Shown here piece after piece: positions 38,991 through 51,579 of a stretch of 64,000 nt of DNA. The DNA is from Sphagnum compactum (Eukaryota), in assembly GCA_965153455.1 (NCBI GenBank), contig OZ234493.1:5332001-5396000 (forward strand), given 5' to 3'. The notes beneath the pieces were generated by a model. That model did no database searches, was not told the DNA's origin, and was given only the letters and a program-made list of their open reading frames with translations. Positions within the stretch are counted from its first letter, which is position 1. Each line of letters begins with the position of its first letter. The translations under genes and the position numbers were made by a program.

Positions 38991-41900
38991 ATTGAAGCAA
39001 TCATACATTTTGGAATAATTTTCAAAGGTTAAAACTAGAAGGTCTTGAATGGCCATTGCATTCATGTTTACAAATTTGTAATAATTGTATTTTTTTGGTT
39101 TTAATCAACAAGCACTATACCCTAGTGATTATAGTTGATAAACAAAGAAAAAAGTTTGTCCAGGTGCTACTTGACACTTAATGATAAGATGTTGGGAATT
39201 TCAAAAATACATGTCAAAACCATTTCAAGAACACAAAACTTTTACTTGTGTAGCCTATGTAAGCATCTATATTTTGTCCACAGTGTATACATACGTAGGG
39301 AACACAAAGCCCATGTGGTTTGGCACATATTTGTGTTATTTGTTTTAGAAAAAAAATTTCATGTGAGACGATGAATTTGTGTCAAGAAATGATTTTTTTG
39401 GGTGTGATAATTTTCATTGATTTGTGATTTAGAAAGAAAGTTGGTGCGACATGGTTAGATAATTTGAATGCAAACTTTATAAATCATGAAAGATGATGAA
39501 ATTGTTTGGGAAGAAAAATCTTTTTCAAAGAAAATTATGGTATATGACGACGTTTCATTATTTTGTGAAATTTTTTGAAAAAAATTGTGTTTTTTCCAAT
39601 GTAAATACTTAATTGTGCTTTTTTAAAAGCAAAAAAATGCCACATTAGAGAAATTAAAAATTCAACATTTGGCATTCATTATTCCAATGTCACAATAGTG
39701 TTTTGGAATCTTGTTGCAAGCTTCCATAACCATTTCTTTGATGAAAACATGATCCATCAATGTGCATTGGATTCCATTTCAATTTGATTTGCCCTAACTA
39801 TAACTAGCCATATAATCCTTTTCTTTCCTTCATATTTATAGTGAACCAATTTCTCATAATGTTTTTCCCACGAGGCAATCTTCATGGATTTCGTTTCACA
39901 TTTGCATTTTGATATTGTCATCTAGAGCACCTTTCACATGGGGAGCTTTTGTTAGGATGACACCTATTACACATTTAGGTTTGGTTCTACATCACTTTAC
40001 AATTGTGTCCTATAATGTTATATGATTCATCCAATTCCACTGCATCCCTTCACATCCATAAATATTGTGCCCCAATTCAGGATTTGGAAAAATTCCACCC
40101 ATTCCACTTCAACCCACTACCCTACAATTGTCCAAATTCCATGTGACTTGACAATGTACATATGTTTTTCAGATAATTGGATGAAATCCCATTATAACTT
40201 CCGCATCCATTTATAATGCTACATGATTTGTTTAAAACTCCAATGTAACTTTTCTAATCCACTTGCTTGGTTATCACACAATTGGTCAAATTCATTTCCT
40301 TTCTATTGTGAAACCATTGAGGTTTTTGACATGCCTGAAAAGCATCTCCATTGCACAACAGTAGAAGCATCTCCATATTAAATTTCGGATGAAATCTACA
40401 ATAAGATTGTGTTAAACTTTCTTTGGACTAATAAATATCACAAAGATACAATGATCATGACAATTGCCAAATTGTGTTAAAACACCCTTTGGGTCAATAG
40501 AAAGGACAAAGATACAATGACCATCAAAAGCATTGGTATGAAGTGTTGCTTTTGATTGGCCAACACTAATGATTGGCCCAAGTGCTAAGGTTTAAATGAT
40601 CACTCACTTTATATGTCATTTTTTCATGTTTCTGGGTGGGGATGCACAACAGTTTCAACTATATTTAAAATGATGTGCAGGTGCTTTTAATGCTATGGCC
40701 CTATTTCTCCAGATGGAATTGCAATAACTTCAAATTCAGTAAACCCACAAGTCTGAGCAAAGTGTTCAGCATTCACAATTTGACATGAGCAAAGTGACAT
40801 GCACACATGACATAAAATCTCCTGTGTAGCAGTTTCAAGGACACTGTTTGCAACAGGTTTCAGCATTTCTTGACTCACCAGCTTGGTTGTGTTTTCAACA
40901 AACTGATGACAGATAAGTTTTGAACTGAGCTATATCTACTGTAATACAAGAGCAAAGCTGTCAGCATCAAGTTACTCTTTTTGTTTCATCATAACCCTAG
41001 ATAGGTCACTGAAATTCATGTGTACCTCCACCAGCTTCTGAAGGTTTTGGTCTGTTCACCTTCTGAGATCTCCTGTGTTTCATATGCCAAGTGCGAAACC
41101 AGCACCTGGAAACAATGGGTAAAACTTCTGATTGAGAAAGTTGTACACTGGAATACACCTGAGTCAAGTCTAGTATGGAACCCTACTTAATCAAAGAGCT
41201 ATCTCAACATTTGTCTTTGCTCTATCATGCTAAACAACAAACACATTTCTACAACAGTTCAATTAGTTGTCTTGCACTATACAGTATTACCACAAGGGAT
41301 CCAAAACAACATAAACCAAGAGTGGTTTTGAGGGTACTCACATCATTAGCCATGGGTATAGGCTGAAGGGAACTGATAGAGAACCCACTCTGCTTACAGA
41401 TCCAGAAGGCTACTGCTATCTATGGATTGCTTTTGATAGGATGAAGATGAAGATGATTATTTTCTCCATCCAGTGAGCCTCTGTCATTCAGATGCAAAAT
41501 ACACAAATCCAGAGGGCCATCAGAAAGATAAGAGACTAGTGAATTGCACAAAGACAACTTCAAAGCTGACATTCACTTGGCTACAGACCAAAAGATAATA
41601 TGTCTGAGCTCAACTAATTTCCAAGATGTGACATCCCTGCTACCACAGCTTCCAAAACTACCTTGGTCACATATTTTAAATATCTCCATTCCAAATGAGC
41701 ATGGCATCACTCTTCATTGCACTAGAAAAACAATCTAAGAGCGTACCACCAAAGTGGACCGCATACATAGTTCCAAGCCTAGAGGTTCAGATTAACTATC
41801 CAAATGCAAATTGGATTGTCCAGCTCACTTACAAGTGCTACTGATGAGGACCCTGGAAACAGTTCACCCAATGGTATGGCTGCCCCTGCAGTTATATCCA

Positions 41901-42306
41901 ACTCTGTGGTGAACTTTCATATCCAGCATTACCAGGGAACATGACTGTTTCCATTGGAGAGGGAACCTGTGGGTTAAGGACTTTGTCAGAAAACTGGGAA
42001 TGTACCACCTGCATGTCTTCTGTAGCTCCACTTTGACAGACCCTAGGTTCTGATCAATTATATGGTAAACTGCCACTTCACATCTAGGCAGCTTGACATT
42101 GCTGTCATACTGGGCTGCTTACCTAAAGGGACTTTAATTATAGAAGCTTGGTTGTTGAGAGGAGCAGAAACTGCACTGGGTGTAGCAATTCATTTTGGAC
42201 AATCCCAGATCCATGTTTGCTTCAACTGAAAATCAGCTAAGTAGCAATGGATGGAAAACAAGAATAAGGATGAGGTTTGACCTAATGACCTTAAGTCTCC
42301 TTGCAC

Positions 42307-45300
42307 CTAAATTAGGGGAGAACTTTCAGACTCTAAGCCTGCACTGTTGCTTGATGTTTCTTTCAATGCAGTAAGAGGGAAAGTCTGCATTGCTGGCCCT
42401 CCCAAGAGCATTTGATCCCCATCCCTTTCACTGTGTTGCTCTTCATCCATCTGTGCCTGCTTAGGAGGGTTGAGAGAGTCTCGGTCAGGACTTTTCCTGA
42501 ACAGAGAGCTCAGAGTATTGGCACGGGAGAAAGTTGGTTTTTCCAAGCCAGAAGCTTGGTTTATCATAGCCACTGTCCTGGAATGACCAAAAATCCCTTT
42601 TCTTGTGCTCTTCACTGGTGCAAGAACACTATCACCTTCTTTGTCCTTGTGAACCTGCTTTGATGATTGCCCATGCTTAGGAATCAGGTGAGAGCCAGGG
42701 GATTCGGTGTCATCACCGTGTTTAAGAATAGCACCCAGTGTCTTAGCCCGAGAGAATTTGGCATCAGAAGAAGAAGAAAGTTCTAACTCAGAGACTTCTC
42801 TAACTGTGTCCAATGTCTTTGCACGAGAGAGCTTTGATTTCTTGGCTTTCCCCACAAGGTGTGACCAAACTTCCTCTCTCTCTTTGTCCTTGCTGTTCTC
42901 CTCATTCAGCTTACTCTGCTCAGGAATCTGCAGATACACAATATTTCGGTTGTCATTTAAGTTTCCCTGCTCAGGTATCAGTCGAGGGCTGGAAGGTCTC
43001 ATCTGAGATACTTCTCTAACAGTGCCTATAGTTTTGGCACGAGAGAAAACTCCTTTCAAAGCTGAATGAGATTTGGAGTCTGAAATCTCTCTTAAGGCAC
43101 CAATTGTCCTTGCACGGGAGAGAGGTTTTGTGCCCTCCACAGGTGATGGAGCTCTGCCTCCTTTGGCACTTCTAACATCATCTTCATAAAACCGTCCCTT
43201 CCTGAATTTCAAGTTTGCACCTTGGGAGTCACCTATGGATGTTGAACCAACATCTTTTCCTTCATCTTCGTACTTTTCAGCATAAAATGTTCCCCACCGG
43301 AATATCAGTGGAGACCCTGGCGACTCTGAACCTGAATTTTCCTTGGCATTGATGAAAAAGCTGGACTGTGAGTGGTCTTGTTTTGTGGAGTCTCCGGAAG
43401 TTTGAGCTATGCCACCTTCATCTTCATCATAATCCTCATAGAAAAAACCCCGCCTAAAGATCAATGGAGAGCCAATTGATTCTGAATCTGAATGTCCACT
43501 AGCACTCCCAATTGTACTTGCACGTGACAAACAACCTTTTAAACTGCCCCCATACCATGCAATAGTTCCACTTCCCAATTCATCTTCATGACTGCCATCA
43601 TAGAACACTTGCAATCTACTAGAGCCAGGAGATTCATTGCCTGCTCCAAAAGTATCCCTACTTGAATAGTATCTCCTTAAGGAACCTTTGCTTTCTTCAT
43701 CTGTATCATCATCCTGATAGAATGTGCCTCGCCTGAAAACTAGAGGAGGACTAGGATTTTCCTCTAAGGATCCAGTGACAGAGCCCAATGTGCTTGAATG
43801 AGAAAAGCCTCTATTCACAGAGTCCACTTCTTCATCACTTTGATAGAATGTTCCCCTTCTGAAAATTAATGGAGAGCCAGGAGATTCTAGGTCCAAGGCT
43901 CTATCACTGGAGCATAATGTGCTAATCCTACAAAGAATCTTCCTGGAGGAAACCTCAGCATCAGGACCATCGTAGAACCATCCATGCATAAATGTCAAAG
44001 GAGATCCAACAGATTCTGAATTAGATGCTTCACAAGAAAGACTTGATTTCATTTGGTTGTCTTCTTCCTCTTTCTGAGCCTGAAAGAATGCTCCCCACCT
44101 AAAAGTGAGTGGAGAGTCATCTTCATCATCACTGATATCATCATCATCTTCGAGATCAACATACTCTTCTTCATCTGTATGTCTTGGTAAAGAGCCTTGC
44201 AAAGGAGTCTTACTGTCTTCAATGTCCTCCTCCTGCTCCTGGCCCTTCTCAAGGTCTGCACCACCTTCCTTCTCGTCTGAGAAATCTGGGTTTTTGTAAG
44301 CATTTCGCAAAAACACTGCTAGGTTCAAGTCTGGTTCTTTTTCTTTCTCCACAGTGTCTTTCTCCATGGCATCCTGTCCAACATGCAGGGTATTTCACAT
44401 CCATGCACAATCAGTGAGTGATTTTGAGATCCTTTAGCTGTACCAAAAGAGAACAAAGGCCAATAGAGAACAAAGGCTTGTATCTCTATAGAGATAGACA
44501 TAAATGCACATCTTTTCTCACCTCTAGGGGATAATGCTTAAATGCAGGCTCAAATCGGCTTTTGCAGTAGACATGAAAGTAAAGTGTCAAAATTGGAAGT
44601 GCGATAATAAATGGTGCAGAGGAGCAAGCTTGACTCAAATATCCCAGAACTTTTCTTTTAACAGTGGTCCCTGTATTTACTTTCACAAAAGATACAGGAC
44701 CTTGCACAAGGAACATTCCAATCAAAGTGAGATGCTCTAATATCAGTGCTGCTATGATGCGGCCATGCACATGTGGCCAGAATGCTCCTGCACTCTCATA
44801 TGTAGGGTCATAAACATTGTAGATCTGAAATTCCCATCCAGCCACGCCCCATCCATTTGTTCAGATAAGAACAATCTAATAAGAACATTCATAGTCTGTA
44901 TCAAGTAGTTTGCAGTGTCTCTATAATTTGTTGTGTTTTAATGGACGTGCATATGGACTGGAGGTGTGAACTTCATGTGGACGAAGGCCAGAACAGGGGC
45001 AAACAGTTTCCTGGTTATGTAAACTGAATCTTCTTTGTTAGATGTCAGCCTGCATCCATGATTTTTGGTTACACTCTACTCTCTAGAAGCAAATAGCAAG
45101 AAAGACTACAGTCCCTTTGGTTGACACATGAGATGCATAGTATTTCAGGTGACAACACAAAGTAAATCAACATGTAAGAGCAACTAGGTAATCTAAACAT
45201 TTAGATGCACACAGGTGCTCAATGCTAAGAAGGGATAGCAGATAAGCATGAAAAATTGAGTCACTTACCTGATGGCGATAAACAACAAACCCAAAGCCAA

Positions 45301-48300
45301 AGAACAGAACAATAAAAGGCACAATAACTGGAGATATGACTGAGTACACAAGACCCATCAAGAAGTAAAGCTCCAGCTGGGGAAGTGATTCATCCAGACT
45401 GATTGTGCCCGGGGAAGTTGCCCGCAATCTGTCTCTCTCTGTTTTGACAAAGAAAAAGTTTCTTATGTGGTACATGATCAATGGCCAAAAACGCAGAAGT
45501 TCCCCAGCCGGAATAGACCAAGCATCTAACATAATATAAGTGATGAAGAAATTTGCCCTCTGAGGAATGGATTTTGCAAGTGCTTGCACAAAACTGTCAA
45601 CATCATGGGAAACATATCAGTTAGTATTTATTCATCTGTCTTCACTGTCCAGGAGTGTAGGAGAGCTCTGACAAGAGAACACCAGAGCAAAACTTTTTTT
45701 GGTGGAAGTGCACTCCACTGGTGGGTTTTTCCTATTAGGTTCTGTCTGAAGGATATGTCAACGAAAAGTTGCAGATCCCTCAAGGCTCGGAGCTTAAGGG
45801 ATTGTCTCAAGATGCCCATCTAAATTGATGCAGTTACATAGTTGCTCTTTGACAATTGGAGAAAGGCTTTCTACAGAGGTGTGCACTACATATCAATTAC
45901 AGATACTGTCCTGGTCACAAGAAATTGAAAGCTAGTCTTCACATGTACATAGGAGAACACCCTAGCAATTATCCGTCAAAGATGTGCAAAATGACTAACA
46001 GAGACATGAATATGACATCATACAACAACATCAGAGAGCCAGGCCACACACCCAAGAGCTGTTGTTGAAGAAACAAAGGTTTTGAGCTGCTGAAAGGCAG
46101 ACCCACTCAAGATGCTGCCGAAGAAAACATTCACCACCATAAAATAGTAAAACTTTGCTGCTGCCCTTCTTTCAAGCTTTGAAATAGCCAGGTGACCCTC
46201 AATCTTTGATACTACCATAAGAATTCTTGGGAGCAGCCATAAAAAAGCTTTGAGGATAAGGCCAGGTAGGAAACCCTGGACAAACAATGAGACAAAGCGC
46301 CTGCATGCTTCAAGCCCACAAAAGACCCATGCTTAGATATCTTTCTATGACACCATATGTCTTGCATTGGCAGACTAAAAATGTGAAGCATGTCAAACCC
46401 ACATGATTCTTCAGCTAGTAACTACACCCAGAGATGGAATTCGGTGGCTTCATTGACAGACCCCAACCTTACAATCTTTTGCAGGAGACATGTTCTAAAG
46501 TTTGAGCCAGCATTTCAATCATCGCAGCATGGAGATTAGAGAGAGAGAGAGAGTTTGGATACTCACTTTCGGACAAACCCATCAAGTGAGGGAGATATTT
46601 TTTGGATTCCCTGAAGATTTGCCAATGACTGCACAGTTACAATAGGGATCATGTAAAAAAACACGAGCAGGAAAACCACCACACCCATTGCCAGACTACG
46701 AAACCCAAGCTCAACATGGGGAATGGCCAAATTTGCCCACACAACATCTCTTGGTTCAGGTGCCCAGTCAGTGAGCCATATTGTTGGGTCTTGATTCTGC
46801 TGTGTCTGGGCACATACAGCAGCTCCCCACCGAGTCTTGAAAGAAACAAAAGCAGCTGGCATTGTAGCTTTTGGATCTTGCATGATCAGTTCACGCTCAG
46901 CCTCTGCCTGGAGTGAATGGAAAACAGAATCTCAGTTCAAGAAGGAAGTGATTGCAGAGATTGAAGACCTAGTCACAACCGTTCCAAATGATTCTAGTTC
47001 TCAGGATTGTCTCATTGTAGGTGGTCAGCTTTGTTCTACAGAGAGGATAACTAAGAGGAGATAGTTCTCTTGGGTCACATAACTATCAGCATATGGACAA
47101 GTGATGTCCAGAGTATAGATCTTTTTCTACTTGCGATTATGTGCTCTCTATACCTTGCTCTGTTGTGCAATTTGCAAAATGTTTTTATATTTCTTAAGCT
47201 TCTAGCATATAGTCCAATTGCAGCAGGATTCAGGTAGGAGGGTTACACCCTGAGCCACCCTGTGACCCTGAGGGTCAAGAAAAAAACCTAAACTTCCTAC
47301 CCATCTTCTGATCAGGGATCCTAGGTGGAGAGGAAGCTCTACTGTTCCTCTACAAGAACAGCAGTAGGATAATGAAGAAGAGGGGTATGAAGCATATATT
47401 CTAGGCATATGACCCTGGGGGTCACCCTTGAGTTTAGAGGTTGGGGAAAATGTACCCCATCTACCTTATCCCTGCCCCAATTGCTAATTTCTTTGTTGGA
47501 AGTCATATAGCTTGCTGAACTGTGAGTAATAAGTGTTTATCCAAATTGGACTCTCAAGACATAAGAGAAAAGATTGTGTTTGACACTCACCAGCCTTGAT
47601 CCTAAAGATATGAGAAACAAGGAGGCAGGCCCATACACAGACCGTGGACCTGTTACCTGTTCTGTTAATTTTTCAATTTGTGTTGTGTAGTATTCAATGG
47701 CATCCACTTGCTGACCAAAAAGTCCACAAAAGCCTGTCTGCACAGCATCTCACACACAGGACAGAAAGTGTTACATTTCTGTGAAACAGTGTGGTATATT
47801 CAATGTGTATTTGACTGTGTGAGATGCAATCTAAATGCATATATATGCTCCACATTTACTGGGCTGCTAAACTTCACCGTCATTATTTAGCTCAAAATTG
47901 TTGCATTGGTCATATTAGGCCTGATCTTCATTGCCATCATATTGTATTGGTGGGATGACCACAGGAAACCACTAAATTTAGTTGGCATACTACAATATGA
48001 ACACTTGTGGATAGAATTTCTCTCATGTTTCCAGAAGTAACAGGAAAAATCAGCCATGATGTTGGCTCCCAATGTGCAACTGATCAGAATGCCAAATATA
48101 TCCTCATCCAACATTTTAAGCTAAAGTTCATTTGACTTTAATTTTCTCCTGTAACCAACAAACATCTGAGCAAAAGAGCAGAGAGAGGTCTGCAAAACAA
48201 GTAGTTGAAGAGTATCCAACAGAATGCATAAGTATTGACCTTTGTGGTTGGCCTTGTAGATGGAGTATGTGAATGCTTGACTTGAAAGTAAACCAACCAG

Positions 48301-50794
48301 TTCTGTGCTGCATCCCTCTTCTTTACCGTTGCATGAAGTTTGGTTGCATTGTATGCCATCTGTCCATCTCCAATATCCTAGTTTAGTCTTGATTTGTCTC
48401 TTGCAGCTCAATGATCACCATAACACCCTCTCCTCTCTAATAATGTAGCTTCAGCCCCATTCCAGAACCGAAGATACCTTCCATCTGAGGTTCATATTGC
48501 TGTTATCAAAAATCCCACTAGCTCTGAACCCCACTGGGAAACATAATATTAAATAAAACCAAGAAGAAAGACAGCATTGCTACAGACTTCCTTGGCATCC
48601 TAAAGATGCAGGAGATATTTCTCACAGAGCTACCTTTTTCAAACTCGTCACTCATATGCCATTATTGACTCTCCTAATCCTACATGACTTGAAAAAGCCA
48701 AAGAAAGTTGCAAATCTACATACTTGATGTGTAAGGTAAGAATCTGGATGGTTCTTAAGGAAGTAGCTCTCAACCCGAGTACTGATGGGTTCTTTCCCCA
48801 CATCTGGGACCTGGCGAACCATCACCTGCAACCAGCCAAATTTGCACAGCCCTCTTTATCAGTTCTCCTGTGACTCAGGATCCTCACAACAAGCAGGTTT
48901 CACACCAGACCCAGTCAGCAAGCGTTTACAGAGAGCTCATTCATCTACCTTCACCATAATCAAGCATCACTGGTTGCCATGAGAGAGAAACCCCCTACAC
49001 TGATTGGCTTGCTATCAAGCACAGATTCATTCAGTCAGTAGAAAGCACATATCATATTAAATTAGTGAAAATGACATTAGTGCACAGTTTGGTTATAAGA
49101 TTGACAGCTATGGGCCAGAGTGGCAAATCCCATGGCTCCAGAAAAAGGAATTATCTCAGTTCAGAACTGGTTGCATTGCTGGGCAAACCTGATCCCTCTA
49201 CAACTTCACCATTTGACTTTGTCATATCTGGACTGCTCTTAGGATCATGTCTCTCAGCTGGCACATAATTACTAGACAATCCTCTGGAACTGTACAACTG
49301 CCTTTGTTGCATTTTTCTGACATCATTTATCCAATCCAGTTCATCCTCATAGCAGGATGAAATAAACACCCTACACTGATTGGCTTGATGGACAGCTCAG
49401 ATTTGTTCAGCCAGTACAAAACAACTGTCATCTTAAAGTAGTGAAACATGACATCGGTCCCCAATTTGGCTAGAAGGGGTGGAAACCTACTGTAAATTGG
49501 TCAGGCCGTCGCTTTTCACTTTTAAGAAAAGAAAGGCGCAAAGCTACAATACTCTTGTACTCCATGAAGAGAATGAAACAGGTCCAAGCTGTGAACACAT
49601 AAGACATTACCAAGTGCGCCCAAAGCCTGAACCAAGCAGATCACAAGAACCAAAATCAATCTGCCATTTACCAAACAACTGCAGTTGATTTTCTAGACCA
49701 CTCTTGTTAACAATAAAACTTCACTTATGGATTGCCAGATGAAAATCATGAGAAATAAACAAAACCTTAGCTCAGAGTTAGGACCTCCAAACCTTATCAT
49801 CCTGGATGATAGCAAACACTATCCAGATAATGCACAAGCAAGTACTTCACAGCAGAATAGTGTAGACGGACCTCATTGACCGCTTAGACACATTTGACAT
49901 GGAAAGCCTGTCAATGCTGCTGTCTACCCAATCTGAGTTAACTGAGGCTCCTCCTCCTACATTTATAGGGACCAGGATTGCAAAGCCCAGAATCATCACA
50001 GGAACAAATATCTTCAACCTGCCACATTCAGAACAGCTCCCCATCATTAGCTTCCCTTCCATTCTCTATGTGAGTACCTGAAGATGCATATTCAAGAGAC
50101 TGCATATCAACTTTTTAAGAATGTGGCCAGCACCTGAATCATCACTGCACTTCTGATGCTAGATCACCCAACTGAATAGAATCAACAATGGACCACCTTT
50201 CCTCCTACCCTAACCTTCACTTCCCCTCCCCTCACCAAACTTAAGACAGCTAATATGAAGAGGATTTAGAGCACATGAGAGTGGACGAAAGTAAAAGAGG
50301 ATCATCAAACTGAACTACACATGGGAAAAACAGGGGAGAGGGTGAGGTTGAGGATAGGACTGGGGGTTTGTTGGGGGGGACGGGGAAGGAGGCTCAGCAG
50401 GGGGTTGTCAAGGAGAAGAACCACGCAAAAAAAACTCTTGTCCATGAAAGTGAAAATTGATGGATGCTCACCCAACCAAATAGATGTGGAGATAGACTGC
50501 AGAATCCAAGCCTGCATGCTTGATAATCTCCTCTTCAGTCTTCCGAAGTGCTGATCTTGCCCAGTGGAAAACCCTGAGATATTGATATATGTCCATGTTG
50601 AAATATACACCTCTATGTTTCAGCTGGGGTGGACCATATGGTCTACGCTTTCGAATGCCTTTAAGATACAACTTGGGATAATATACGCGATCATTGATCG
50701 GCTGCACACTGAATACAATAAACCCAAGGAGAAACACACTTGTGATACCAATGTTGAAGAGGGCAGACACACCTATCTCTTGAAGTGTCGTCAT
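42307..50794 (-). CDS. OSCA1/CSC1 (TMEM63/ERD4 family) mechanosensitive cation channel with a very long repeat-containing C-terminal tail, 11 exons, about 1397 aa
   Basis: Exons 50794-50472, 50018-49872, 49626-49491, 48825-48724, 48359-48240, 47737-47657, 46907-46567, 46300-46052, 45593-45269, 44824-44522 and 44373-42307; all introns GT-AG; 4194 nt in frame. Motifs QPINDRVYYPKLY, HAGLDSAVYL, LWAHLVMSY, RRPDQFTV, PAAFVSFKTRWGAAVCAQTQQ, WAPEPRDVVWANL, FFITYIMLD..AGELLR, YESAGAFWPHVHGR and AMEKDT...LRNAY.NP.F. Confidence 0.95.
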
Positions 50795-50869
50795 CTCTTT
50801 GGAAACCCTGAGTTTCTGGCTCAACTGCAATCTGCTCAGGCTACACACCTAAACCCTAATCCAATTTAC

Positions 50870-51579
50870 TGTTGAAAAGAAAATTTTGCAAACAATAATT
50901 TTCTGCCTGACCAACTAGGTATTCTGCTTCCTCCCTCCTTCTGCCCACTTAAAATCACTTTGGTGAGACGCCTCCTTCCCTTGTTCTCAGCTTCTCTTAG
51001 GCTCCTGCTGGTCAACAGTCATTCCACTACGTGTTGAAATTTGCTTGCTTACAGAGATCTTCACCGCCAATCAATGCCTTGGCGGAAAGAGAGCACTACT
51101 TGACTATCATTAAGGTGTGTGTTTGTCGCACTGCCAATGAGAGACTGTTCCTGATTTTATTTTATTTCTCTGATTCACTATTGCAATCTGCTTGTCCACC
51201 GTAGCATATCTTGCCTGTGCAATCACAAGTGTAGGTCCAAAATGTAAGAGACTGTAGATAACTTCTGCTACGACAAATTCACATATTCATATCAAAAGGA
51301 TATACGCTTGCAGAATGGAGCTTGAATGATGAGTTGCAGCGAGCGAGAAATTGCATTTATTGACCGGAAGATAGGAATGCCCTCAGCTAAGATGAGTCAT
51401 GCAGAAACTGAAGACAAAAACACTACAGAACTAAAAACGTGAAAGCCGCCTCGGACAATCACTGCAAACGACACTACGAAACAGAGTCAACTGCAATACG
51501 CGCAGACTATCACTGACGACTCGTGACAAGAACTTTGCTACTGTTGTAGAAACAAGAGCTACAAGGTAAAGAAACTTAC
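50870..51579 (-). other. Predicted 5'UTR intron of the OSCA gene
   Basis: Donor AGAG|GTAAGT near 51579 and acceptor TTTCTTTTCAACAG near 50870. Internal UTR exons cannot be excluded. Confidence 0.45.
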
